Virus record (IMG/VR): IMGVR_UViG_3300030331_003634
Span: 1 to 58,567 of that record
Origin: a virus
Lineage: Duplodnaviria > Caudoviricetes
Length of the DNA stretch: 58,567 bases
Strand: one strand, 5' to 3'
Shown here: positions 1-10,087 of the stretch, piece after piece
How positions within the stretch are numbered: the stretch's first letter is position 1
Layout of the letters: each line of letters starts with the position of its first letter
Notes under the pieces: generated by a model
What the model was told of the DNA's origin: nothing
The model's database searches: none
The model's input: only the letters and a program-made list of their open reading frames with translations
Made by a program: the position numbers and the translations under genes

Positions 1-19
1 TTGGCTAATACACAAATTT
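1..19. repeat. Terminal direct repeat (circular assembly overlap) identical to 58549-58567
   Basis: ttggctaatacacaaattt occurs at both ends of the window. Confidence 0.95.
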
Positions 20-3000
20 TATTGTTTCAGGCTGATCAACTTAATGCGTCTTTACAATCAATGATAGATGATTTTAACAATCAAGTTACTATAACTTCAG
101 TGGAGCTTGTTTCAGACCCGACCCTTAACACTGATATTGGTTTTACTCAACCACAAGGTACTTTTTTCTCTCAGTCTGATGGTTCTATAAAGTTTTCTCA
201 AACTGCAGCTAATGGCTCAGTTTACGATGGTTCCTTTAAATCTGCTCACTTTCCAATAAATAATGACATTAATATACCTTCTTCACAGGTACAAAATCTT
301 AGATTAATTATTAACGTACCTTTTTGTGTGCATCCTTTTACTGTTAGAGTGGGAAGATCGAGTACAATGCCTTACTTTTATTTTCCTACAATATCAGAAC
401 CTGGTGTTTATGTTCTTGAACCTCCATCTGATCTTTCACCTGAGGAGATAGTTAGCGTAATAGTTTTAATACAGACCGAAGGAGCTTTATCAGATGAAGC
501 TTTAAATACTGAAGGTCCTTTATTTGTTATAGAGAGTATGTCTATAGCTTATGCTGAAAGTGTTTCAGGACTTTCTCAAGAATTTTTACAAGATTTACAA
601 AACAATTTGTCTAGCCTCCAAGAAGAAGTTGAGGTTGTAGATGAGGCTGCAGAGAGTGCTATAACAGATTTATCTTCTGGTCTTGAGGTTATTAGTGGGC
701 AAATACAAGAGTATGCAAATTTATTAAATCAATTTAACGCCTCATCCGCTTTACTTCAAGCTCAATTAGAGGCTTCCATTGACGAGTTAGGATTAACAAG
801 CACTATAGATCAATTTTACATAGATAATGTGACAAGTTCCTTTCAAAACAACGAAGCTAACCTTAATGATGATATAGATGCTTTAACTAATTTTACAGGT
901 TATATTCAAAATGTAATTGATTCTTCAGGTGTTGATTCAACATTTAATAGCGATAATGTAGGTTTTTTGTTTAATATCAGTATAAATAGAGCCACTGCAG
1001 TAACTCGACAATATGTAAATAGTCTTCCAAATGGAATTTCTCATACTAATAATAGTACAGGGGTTTATGTTCTTGCTCTTAGAAATACATCTCTGCATGG
1101 TAGTAGTTCATCTTTTAGTAATCCTGATTTATATTATAATATTGGGACTATTATAAATAGAGATCATTTTCGTCCAGACAATAGAAAAAATCTTCAAGGT
1201 ACTGCTAGTTTTTGGGATAGTAACGTTAATCAAGATGGTGCTCCGTTTCAAAATGTTGTAAAAAATGTTATAAAAGATAGCTATTTATATAATAATGGGG
1301 TAGATGGAAATGTTATTCAGATGTATAGTGGAGATGGTTCTAATTATGATTCTAATACATCTTGGCTTTTAAATCCTGGAGTTTATTATTACCAAGTAAC
1401 TATTGGAAGTGAATCAATACCAATGGTTGTAGATTTTAATGCTGGATCTGGAGTGGACTATACAAATTATGCAGTATCAATTTCAGATACAACCGATGAT
1501 GTTAGTTGGGAAGCTTCAGCAGATAACACTTATGAGTTTAGTATTCAGGTTGTAGATCCTAGACCTGGATGGGAAATTGTTTTAATTCAATACACTAACA
1601 ATGGTAGTTATAGAAGTTACGATAATCTTAATGATACTTCTGTAAATATGATTGAATACAGAATTGTTGGTAATAAAGCTTTTGCAGACTTTACAACTTC
1701 TGGTAGTAATAGTAATCATGTTGATGACGGTACTACAATTGATATTTCATGTGTAGTAACTGATTTAAATGCTATAAATATCCCACAACCACATCAGTCA
1801 GGCACTGTAGAGAGATTTGTTAGGGCAGTATCTTCTGATAGTTATGGTGGTTACAGTCTAGATGCCCCATCAACAATACCATCTTCAGATTCTGATATTA
1901 TAGTAAATAAATCTATAGATGAAAGCCCTACTATAACAAAGGGTGTTAGAAGATATGTTTACAACTCAATATTAAATAAAAACAGATCTATTAGTTTAGC
2001 TAGTGAAGACTTTGTTTGTATTGGATCTTATGAAGATAAGCCTTTGAGTAGAATATACTACTTTGTTCATGACACATCTGTAAACAACTTTGACTGTATA
2101 TTGGAATATGACCTAGCACTAGACAGTATTAAAACCGTATATCAAGATGGTAGATTAGGTTCTAATGGTCAGGTGGAAACTGTTCTTAACTTTAGTAGAT
2201 CTAACTTAATTACAGGTGTTAATAAGGTTGACGATATTTTATATTTCACAGACAACCTTAATAGACCTAGAAAAATTAATGTTGAGTTAGGCAAAAAGAA
2301 CGAGGAAAATATAAAAAATGCTGTTAGGATTGAAGATGTATTTTTTCCTGGTGGATTTGACAAGTCAGCATTTTTATGTTTTGATGATGAAAAAATTAGA
2401 TCATTTAAAATTGGTGATAATGTATTTTCACATATTGGTAACGAAAATCAAGTTGAGGAGGAGCAAACTCAAATTCAGTTTAATGGTTGGTCTGAAGTTA
2501 TTGGTATTGTTAGAAGAATTTCAAGTTCATTTACTTTTAATGTTACTAGTGGTAGCAATGAAATAACTGTTAGTCCTACAATACTTAGTGACAACACTTT
2601 AGCTGAAGGAGAGTTTATTGGGATTATGGATAATGGTAATTTTCCTAGATTCTTTAAAGTTATAGATAGATCTGGAGCTACCATAACAGTTGAGACACCA
2701 CCTAACTTTACGTCTCCTACTGAAGGATCAAAGCCTTTTAATATACTAGTAAACGATATAGAAACAAGTATAGGTGCTATACTAACTAACTGTCCTTTTG
2801 AGTCTGGTGCTGTAGCTTCAGGTATCCTAATGCACGCAGATCCTGATGATGCTTACTCACCTTTAATTAGTTTTGGTGATCGTGATAATAAAGTAAAATA
2901 TTTAGATGCTGTTAAGCATCAACCTGAGCTAAGACCTCAGACTGAGTTGAAAAAAGATCCTTCTAATTTAAAGAATAATATACTAGATAATTTATTTCAG

Positions 3001-6000
3001 TTTAAGTATAGGTACATACATTACGATAATGAAAACACATCATATAGTGGTATATCTGATATAAATCCAGACACCTCTTTTTCAAGAAATGTACCTGTAA
3101 AATTTAACGAGTATCAAGAAATAAAAAATATTATTGAGGTAGAGTATTTTGATACTATATCAGATGTTAAAAAAATAGAGATAGTAGCTAGAACAGGAAA
3201 CGATGGTGAGTTTGTTTTAGTAGATACTGTTCAAAACAACTTTACTAGTTACTTAAAAGAAATTAAGAATAGTGTTATATCAGACCCTGCATTTCACTTT
3301 GACGTTCCTAAGTCTATAATTAAATTTAAAAATAATGGTGTTTATCCTTTTATAGACAGAGCTGATTCTAATAAGTTATTTGATTCTGTACCTAAGCTTG
3401 CAAAAGCACAAACAATTTTATCTAACAATAGAATTGCTTATGGTAACGTGGTTGAAGGTTTTGATAACACACCTATGGTAGTTGAAAGTAAATTTTCACC
3501 TGTAGAAAACTCTATTATTACTACAGACACTACAAATTTAACTGTGTTTGCTAAAAGCGATGGAAGTTTCCCAATAGAAAATGGTTTTACACAGACTGGA
3601 GAAACTGGGGCGGGTTTTATCTCTAACGCTAGTGCTGCAAATACTAATTTAGCAACTGTTATTACAAATGATCTACCAAATGAGGATTCCGCTTGGGGAA
3701 GTAATGACAACAATAAATGTAAAGTTAGTTTGTTTTTAGATCTTAGTCCTATTGATTTAAACGATACAGATAGTCAAATTATATCTATAGATATAGGTTG
3801 GATGTTAAAAAGAACGAATGGAGATATTAAGCAGAGATCTGGTAGGTTAGCAATGGATGTTGACCTCACAGGTGCAACAACTATAAATCAGGCTAGACAA
3901 GCGATTATAGATCAATTTAATAATGAAGCTTATGAGGGTGGAGGAAGTGTAATTACTGGGGCTCAAATTGCTGATGCAAATGAATCGGGTCTATCTGAAA
4001 ATGGATTAACTGTTCAGGTTAGCGGCACTGATATGTTAAAAATAAAGTGGAAGCTTTTACCTAACAGTCAAGGTTCAGGATCAAGTAATTCTCCTTATGA
4101 TCCAGTTTTAGGTGGTTGGATTAAAGTTGTAACTAATATTAATGTTGTTTACACTAGTGGTTCTTCAGCTATTAATTCTTTTAAAACTGGTTCTTTTCAC
4201 GATTTTGGTATAGCATACTTTGACGAGACAAACAGATGTTCTTTTGTGAATGTAGCTCCTGATTTTGGAAGTGAAATAATACTAGAACAAGGTTTTGGAA
4301 CAGAGTCTATATCTCCTAATTTAAATGGTACTAGATGTTATAATTCTTTTGTTACTGAATCTGAGGCCCCTATTTCAGGTCAGCTATCAGCTCCTACTTT
4401 TAGTATATACAACAAGCCTCCTAAATGGGCTACTCATTATCAAATGCTTTATGCTGGCAACACTTCTGTTGGGGAGTTTATACAAGTTACAATAGCTAAA
4501 ACTGTTGCTGGAGATGGTAACGATACTCAAATGTATTTAGGTTTAGAATCTTTAAAAGACGAAAATAAAGGTTATATAAACTCTTCAGGTGCTTTAGTAG
4601 ACTTTGATGTTGCCAAGGGAGATAGAATTAGGTTTATTAGTTGCGTAGAAGGTGGTGAAAGAAAGTTATTTACTGAATATTTAGATTTTGAAATTACAGG
4701 ATTTGATCTTCACGATGAACTAAACCCTATATCAACATCAGAAAATGGAGACGGATTTTATTTAAGAATTGCTAATCCAGCTAGTGATGGTGACAACGTT
4801 TCTATTGAAGGTAATAGCTCTGTAAGTATATCTCATACAGGATTCTCTCTTTCTACTAGTGGTTACAATAAGCTTATAGCTGAAATATATAGACCTAGGT
4901 TATCTCAAGAAGAGGAGAACTTAGTTTATTATGAGATTGGCGATAAAATTGAAATTGGAAACCCTGGTGAGCCAAGTAGATATCATAGTGGTCAGGTAAA
5001 TCAAGTTCCTGAATATTTTTATTCTAAAGATGTAAATACAGAGGTTTCTTTAATTCCTGCTGAAGTGACTTTAGACGGTGGAGATGTTTATTTGAAGTCT
5101 AGAACTATGTATACTGAGACAAACGGAGATTCTATAGAAGCCTTTGCTTGTGAAGACTATTTCTTAAATGATTTTCATAAAACCAATCATTACGATAAAG
5201 GTCGTATAAACGTAGTTAATAATAACTCAGAAGAAAGAAGACTTAAAGCTTCTATATTCTTCTCTGAGCCTTATGTAAGCACAGGTGCTATAAATGGTTT
5301 AAGTAACTTTAATTTAGCAAATACACCTTACTTTGATTATAATAAAGACTTTGGATCTATTCAATATTTAAGTAATCAAAACAACGACCTGATTATATTC
5401 CATGAAAGCAAGGTTGGTAGAGTTTTAGTAGGTAAAGATATACTTAACACAGCTTCAGGAGAAGGTCTAGTTTCTTTATCTAATAAGATTATAGATAATT
5501 ATGCTATAGTTTATTCAGGTCAGTATGGTTGTAGTTTAAACCCTGAGTCTGTAATAAAACAAGGTAACGTATTCTATTTTACAGATATACAAAGAGGATC
5601 TGTTCTTAGACTATCTAATGATGGTATTACAGTTATATCTGACAATGGTATGAAGGATTACTTTAGAGATCTAGGTGAAATGTTCTTAAAGTATAACCCA
5701 GAGTACAATGACGATTTAGAGTTTACTCCTTCTATTGTTGGTGGTTATGACCCTAAATATAATGAGTATATAGTTACATTCCCTTCAATAATTAGCAATC
5801 CAGACTCTGGATATGCAGCTGAAACTTATGTTTGGAGTGATAGCATCGCTACTTGGAATGAGATAACAACTAAACCTGAAAATGCTTTTGATGATAAGGT
5901 TGTTATATTTAATCCTGTTACTGTAGCGTTTAGTGAAGAATCAAATAGATGGACATCGTTCTACTCTTATATTCCTGAGTATTACTCTAAGGTAAACAGA

Positions 6001-7173
6001 CAATTTGTCACCTTCAAGCAAGGTAGATTATACAGACATAACGACTCAGATAAATATTCTAGAAGTAATCAGGCTTTCAATAAGTTTTACGGGAACAATA
6101 ACCTATCTTATATTGACTTTGTATTTAACGCAGAGCCTTCATCTATTAAGACTTATAACGCTATATCATTAGAGAGTGATACAAAATTTATTACGGGTCT
6201 ATTCTCTAACATGGGTCAACACTATGGTAATTATGATGAAGTTATAACTACAAACATTGCTTTTAAAAAGGTTAAAGGCAAGTGTAGTAACAATTTAACT
6301 GTTTCTAATTTTGAGATACAAGGCATAGACACTAAGTTTTATGAAGACGTATCTCCAGGTGATTTAATTAAAGTTATTGGAAACGCATCTGAAGAGCAGC
6401 ACATAGTATCTAAAGTAATATCAAATACTCTAATAGAGGTTGAAGAAGAGATGGATATAAGTTTAGATAATAATACTATGTTAGTTATTGACTATAAAAC
6501 TAAAGAGGGTATACAATATGCTGATATTCCTTTCTGCACATCAGATATAGAATCTAGAGGGGAAAACTTTAATTTTGGTGACGGATCAGATATACAAGGT
6601 GTTGGTATAGTATCAGGCTTAGATGATGATAACGAAAACTTATCTATAGTCACAAGTCTAACAACTACTGCAAATCTGAACAAACCAATATCACCAAGTG
6701 ATATGATTAATGGAGCAAGTTATGTTATAACATATATAGCTCCAGGTGAAGAAGATTTGATCTCTGCTTCTGACTCTTCTTACGGATCTAATCAAGCATC
6801 TGTAGGTGATGTTATAACGCATAATGGTTCTAGTTCAGCTACAGAAAGTTTAGTTGTAAGTGCTAATCTTAGCATATACATAAAAAAGACTGATTCAACA
6901 ACTGAATTTTTAGGGTATCCATACTCAATAATTAGTGGTACTTTTAATGGAGAATCTGCAACTAAGATACTTATCGCTGGTAATTATAGTTATGACTCTA
7001 GCTACGATGGAGGCTTTTTATTTATGACTAAAACAGGCTCTATAGAAGGTGAGAGAATGAAGGGTAGTTATATGAGAGCTATATTAGCTACTAACTCTAA
7101 TCAGTCTAAAAAGAAGTTTAATCTTTACGCTGTAAACGCAGACGTAGACAAGAGTGAGCTCAGTAATAGATAA
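1..7173 (+). CDS. C-terminal 2,390 aa of a giant tail stabilisation (muzzle/nozzle-like) virion protein; N-terminus lies at 55429-58548
   Basis: Same frame as the open ORF running off the window end through the 19-nt overlap. Contains CIGSYED..IYYFV, LNF..LITGVNKVDDILYFTDNLNRPRKIN, FQFKYRY, NRIAYGN, YGCSLNPES, YFTD..RGSVLRLS, GGYDP, WTSFYSY, blocks typical of Bacteroidota podophage stabilisation proteins. Confidence 0.75.
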   Translation: MANTQILLFQADQLNASLQSMIDDFNNQVTITSVELVSDPTLNTDIGFTQPQGTFFSQSDGSIKFSQTAANGSVYDGSFKSAHFPINNDINIPSSQVQNLRLIINVPFCVHPFTVRVGRSSTMPYFYFPTISEPGVYVLEPPSDLSPEEIVSVIVLIQTEGALSDEALNTEGPLFVIESMSIAYAESVSGLSQEFLQDLQNNLSSLQEEVEVVDEAAESAITDLSSGLEVISGQIQEYANLLNQFNASSALLQAQLEASIDELGLTSTIDQFYIDNVTSSFQNNEANLNDDIDALTNFTGYIQNVIDSSGVDSTFNSDNVGFLFNISINRATAVTRQYVNSLPNGISHTNNSTGVYVLALRNTSLHGSSSSFSNPDLYYNIGTIINRDHFRPDNRKNLQGTASFWDSNVNQDGAPFQNVVKNVIKDSYLYNNGVDGNVIQMYSGDGSNYDSNTSWLLNPGVYYYQVTIGSESIPMVVDFNAGSGVDYTNYAVSISDTTDDVSWEASADNTYEFSIQVVDPRPGWEIVLIQYTNNGSYRSYDNLNDTSVNMIEYRIVGNKAFADFTTSGSNSNHVDDGTTIDISCVVTDLNAINIPQPHQSGTVERFVRAVSSDSYGGYSLDAPSTIPSSDSDIIVNKSIDESPTITKGVRRYVYNSILNKNRSISLASEDFVCIGSYEDKPLSRIYYFVHDTSVNNFDCILEYDLALDSIKTVYQDGRLGSNGQVETVLNFSRSNLITGVNKVDDILYFTDNLNRPRKINVELGKKNEENIKNAVRIEDVFFPGGFDKSAFLCFDDEKIRSFKIGDNVFSHIGNENQVEEEQTQIQFNGWSEVIGIVRRISSSFTFNVTSGSNEITVSPTILSDNTLAEGEFIGIMDNGNFPRFFKVIDRSGATITVETPPNFTSPTEGSKPFNILVNDIETSIGAILTNCPFESGAVASGILMHADPDDAYSPLISFGDRDNKVKYLDAVKHQPELRPQTELKKDPSNLKNNILDNLFQFKYRYIHYDNENTSYSGISDINPDTSFSRNVPVKFNEYQEIKNIIEVEYFDTISDVKKIEIVARTGNDGEFVLVDTVQNNFTSYLKEIKNSVISDPAFHFDVPKSIIKFKNNGVYPFIDRADSNKLFDSVPKLAKAQTILSNNRIAYGNVVEGFDNTPMVVESKFSPVENSIITTDTTNLTVFAKSDGSFPIENGFTQTGETGAGFISNASAANTNLATVITNDLPNEDSAWGSNDNNKCKVSLFLDLSPIDLNDTDSQIISIDIGWMLKRTNGDIKQRSGRLAMDVDLTGATTINQARQAIIDQFNNEAYEGGGSVITGAQIADANESGLSENGLTVQVSGTDMLKIKWKLLPNSQGSGSSNSPYDPVLGGWIKVVTNINVVYTSGSSAINSFKTGSFHDFGIAYFDETNRCSFVNVAPDFGSEIILEQGFGTESISPNLNGTRCYNSFVTESEAPISGQLSAPTFSIYNKPPKWATHYQMLYAGNTSVGEFIQVTIAKTVAGDGNDTQMYLGLESLKDENKGYINSSGALVDFDVAKGDRIRFISCVEGGERKLFTEYLDFEITGFDLHDELNPISTSENGDGFYLRIANPASDGDNVSIEGNSSVSISHTGFSLSTSGYNKLIAEIYRPRLSQEEENLVYYEIGDKIEIGNPGEPSRYHSGQVNQVPEYFYSKDVNTEVSLIPAEVTLDGGDVYLKSRTMYTETNGDSIEAFACEDYFLNDFHKTNHYDKGRINVVNNNSEERRLKASIFFSEPYVSTGAINGLSNFNLANTPYFDYNKDFGSIQYLSNQNNDLIIFHESKVGRVLVGKDILNTASGEGLVSLSNKIIDNYAIVYSGQYGCSLNPESVIKQGNVFYFTDIQRGSVLRLSNDGITVISDNGMKDYFRDLGEMFLKYNPEYNDDLEFTPSIVGGYDPKYNEYIVTFPSIISNPDSGYAAETYVWSDSIATWNEITTKPENAFDDKVVIFNPVTVAFSEESNRWTSFYSYIPEYYSKVNRQFVTFKQGRLYRHNDSDKYSRSNQAFNKFYGNNNLSYIDFVFNAEPSSIKTYNAISLESDTKFITGLFSNMGQHYGNYDEVITTNIAFKKVKGKCSNNLTVSNFEIQGIDTKFYEDVSPGDLIKVIGNASEEQHIVSKVISNTLIEVEEEMDISLDNNTMLVIDYKTKEGIQYADIPFCTSDIESRGENFNFGDGSDIQGVGIVSGLDDDNENLSIVTSLTTTANLNKPISPSDMINGASYVITYIAPGEEDLISASDSSYGSNQASVGDVITHNGSSSATESLVVSANLSIYIKKTDSTTEFLGYPYSIISGTFNGESATKILIAGNYSYDSSYDGGFLFMTKTGSIEGERMKGSYMRAILATNSNQSKKKFNLYAVNADVDKSELSNR

Positions 7174-7187
7174 TAAAAAAAATTTAG

Positions 7188-7195
7188 TACATTTG
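7188..7195 (+). promoter_or_regulatory. Bacteroidota -7 promoter box (TAnnTTTG)
   Basis: tacatttg in the intergenic gap, 15 nt before the ATG at 7211. Confidence 0.6.
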
Positions 7196-7210
7196 TAAAA
7201 ATTCAAATCA

Positions 7211-8485
7211 ATGGCACGTAGAGTAAAACCCAAGATAAAATATAATAAGAAGAATAAAACACCTAAAGCAGTTGTTGGAGCTGCAACAGCTGCACTTGGA
7301 TTAGGTAAATCTATATTTGGAGCTGTGCAAGCTAGAAGAGCTAGAAAGGCAGAGAGAGATTTTGATAAGAGCAGGTTAGAGAGAGGAGTTAGCTCTGCAT
7401 CACAAAAGATGGCTGATCAACCTATAGATCAAAGTTATATAAATCAACTTCAACAACAGCAGGCTGCTGATAGAGCATCTGCTATGGGTGCTTTAGCTAA
7501 GGACCCTAGAAACGTCTTAGCAGGAGTTCAATCTTTAGAAACTCAGGCTGCAAAACAAAGAACAGATCTTTTAGGTATGCAGCAGGATGCTAAAACTAGA
7601 GCTATGGAAAACCTAGCTAGGGAACAGCAAATGGCTGAGACTCAAAGACTAGGTGTTGCTGAAGCAGAACTTAAAGGTATAGTAGATCAAAAAGCTGCTG
7701 CACAGCAAAATATATTTGGTGGTATTGAAGATATAGCTTCTGGTATCGGTGCTATGAATTTTGGTGATGATAGTAATAATGCTAATGATAACTTTAGTAA
7801 TCCTACAGGTAGAGATATTAATAAACAAAAAAGAAATCAAAGAACTACACCAGGAAGTGGTGAGTTACCTTCTGGGGAAAAAGGTGGTAAAATAGATAAG
7901 GATGGTGGCGTTACACCAGGTGAATTTGACCACGACAGCAACCCAATAGATATGGTTCAAGATGGTGAAAAGATTGGTGAGGCTACAGGCGGAGAACTCA
8001 TACTACCTCCTGATGATGTCCAAGAAATTAGGATGGCTCTAAATGATGGTGATAAAAACGCTGCTTTTAAATTAATGAAAGATTTAGTTGCTAAATACGA
8101 CAGCAACGTTATAGGTGATGATGATGATAGTGAAGCTCAGGAAGGTGCTAAAATGCAAGACCCTACTGTACCACCTCTAAAAGAGGGCAGGGCTCAAGAG
8201 ATTGTAAAAGTGATGAAGGAAAATTCTGACCAGGTTAGAAACGTTGGAGAGCTTCCTTTTGATGAGGATCCAACAAATCCTGCAGGACTTATTAAGTATA
8301 TTGGTGATAAGCTTTCTTTTGACATTGACTCAACCAGTAAAGCTGAAATTGAGTTTATAAAAAACTATAGAGAGTTCTTAGTAAAAGAAAAAGGAAGATC
8401 TGACGCACCTCAAACCAAAATGATGAATGGTGGATACTTAGAAAAGTTAAAAGCTAAACTAGGTGCTTACATAAAACCAAAATAA
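7211..8485 (+). CDS. Putative internal virion (ejection) protein 1
   Basis: Gly/Ala-rich hydrophobic N-terminal patch, Gln-rich coiled coil, second IFGGIEDIASGIGAM patch, PGEFDH..GEATGGE domain; lies between the tail gene and the giant protein. Confidence 0.6.
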   Translation: MARRVKPKIKYNKKNKTPKAVVGAATAALGLGKSIFGAVQARRARKAERDFDKSRLERGVSSASQKMADQPIDQSYINQLQQQQAADRASAMGALAKDPRNVLAGVQSLETQAAKQRTDLLGMQQDAKTRAMENLAREQQMAETQRLGVAEAELKGIVDQKAAAQQNIFGGIEDIASGIGAMNFGDDSNNANDNFSNPTGRDINKQKRNQRTTPGSGELPSGEKGGKIDKDGGVTPGEFDHDSNPIDMVQDGEKIGEATGGELILPPDDVQEIRMALNDGDKNAAFKLMKDLVAKYDSNVIGDDDDSEAQEGAKMQDPTVPPLKEGRAQEIVKVMKENSDQVRNVGELPFDEDPTNPAGLIKYIGDKLSFDIDSTSKAEIEFIKNYREFLVKEKGRSDAPQTKMMNGGYLEKLKAKLGAYIKPK

Positions 8486-8491
8486 TAAAAG

Positions 8492-10081
8492 ATGAGTGAC
8501 GCTTTATTTTTTACGGGTCAAGTTCTTAAAAACAATAGGAATCTTATTCAGGAGGAGGCTACTAGACAACAATTAGCTATTCAAAAAGAAGAGTTAGAAC
8601 TCCAAAGACAGGAGTCTATAAGAAGAAGAAAAGATGCTAGGTCAAAAGGGGTAGAAGCTGAATCTTATGAAGTGTCTGGAATGGATCCTTTTCTTCAAGA
8701 GCAGTTTCAAACTCAAGTAGGTGATTATCAACGATTTGTAAGTGAAAATAGTATATCTATTTATGATGGTGATATTAATTTACGAAATCAAAAAGATGCA
8801 CTTGAAAGGGGATTATCATCTAGTAAAAATTTATACGATAATTTAAGTGATGGTCTAACTAGTTTAAATAATGCAGTACTTGAGGGTAGGGGAAATACTT
8901 TGAAGTTAGCTGAAGATGGTGAAACTTACCTTTACCAGTATAATTATAATAAGATAAAGGAGGAAGTTAATAGTGGGAATATGACTCTTGAGGAAGCTTT
9001 GAGAGCTTATTCTATAGATCCTACATCTATGATTAAAAAAAGTGACTTTATTCCTTTTTATAATAATAGAGATCTTTATTTTGAGAATGATGATAAAAAC
9101 TTTAGAGTAGTTATAGGTGTAGATGAAAATGGATATAATATAACAGAAATTGATCCAAACAGAAAAAAAGTAACTACAAATGAAATTATTAGTAAACTAA
9201 AAGTTAACGCTAATAATAAACATAATGATTCTAATGCTGCTGCTGTTTATAAAAACGAACAAATTGAGGTGGATGGTGTTAGGATTCCTGCTATGGATGC
9301 TTTTTTTGAAGAAGCTTACGTTGATCCAGATACAGGAGTTATTGGAGGCGTAGTGTCTCCTAGTGTAGATTTAATTGAACAGTTAGACCCAGAAAGTGAT
9401 AAATTTAATAAAGAACTTTCTGATAAGTATGCTGAGTATTTAGGTCAAAAAATTGCTGATAGAGGGTATAAAGATAGAGATCAAAAAAGAGGTAAAAAAG
9501 CAACAACTGACACAGAAAGAAAAAGAAAAGAGAGAGAGGCGGCTCAAAATAAATATAATGTAGATACATATAACTACATGCAGAATAATGAAGCTCAGGA
9601 TAAGCATAGAACTGGTGTTTCTCAATACACTGGAGAGAGCACATCAAAAAGTATAACTGGTGCTGATATTAAAGTTAAGGTAAGTGCTGCTGATCTTCAC
9701 AGATCTATTAGCGATGAATCTGTGTTAGCATTTAAAGAGAGACAGCTTGAGAGAATGGGTCAGATAAAAGGTGAAGAGGGTAGTAGCGAAAGAGCAGAAT
9801 ACGATGCTATTATTGCAGATAACTCTAACTTTACAGGTATAGAAGTAAACCTTATAGAGGTTGCTTTAGATGGTAGTGGTGAACCTATAGGGGTTGTTCA
9901 ATTAGGAGGAGAAGATGGTCCTAAAGTTGTTGTGCCATGGGATCAGTTGACATCAGCAGAACACGATACAGCCTTAAAACAACCTGGTGTGCAACAGCTT
10001 ATAAATTATCAGCAACCACAATTAAAAACTGAAGAAAATAGTGGTGAAAAGAAAAAAACACCAATATCACCAGAAGAATAA
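8492..10081 (+). CDS. Putative internal virion (ejection) protein 2
   Basis: 529 aa, N-terminal coiled coil; middle gene of the small/medium/giant trio typical of podophage ejected proteins. Confidence 0.55.
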   Translation: MSDALFFTGQVLKNNRNLIQEEATRQQLAIQKEELELQRQESIRRRKDARSKGVEAESYEVSGMDPFLQEQFQTQVGDYQRFVSENSISIYDGDINLRNQKDALERGLSSSKNLYDNLSDGLTSLNNAVLEGRGNTLKLAEDGETYLYQYNYNKIKEEVNSGNMTLEEALRAYSIDPTSMIKKSDFIPFYNNRDLYFENDDKNFRVVIGVDENGYNITEIDPNRKKVTTNEIISKLKVNANNKHNDSNAAAVYKNEQIEVDGVRIPAMDAFFEEAYVDPDTGVIGGVVSPSVDLIEQLDPESDKFNKELSDKYAEYLGQKIADRGYKDRDQKRGKKATTDTERKRKEREAAQNKYNVDTYNYMQNNEAQDKHRTGVSQYTGESTSKSITGADIKVKVSAADLHRSISDESVLAFKERQLERMGQIKGEEGSSERAEYDAIIADNSNFTGIEVNLIEVALDGSGEPIGVVQLGGEDGPKVVVPWDQLTSAEHDTALKQPGVQQLINYQQPQLKTEENSGEKKKTPISPEE

Positions 10082-10087
10082 ATAGTT

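Noticed and set aside
1-3. TTG start of a 2,390-aa protein at position 1
   Set aside because: It is an internal Leu codon of the ORF starting at 55429, exposed by linearising the circle.
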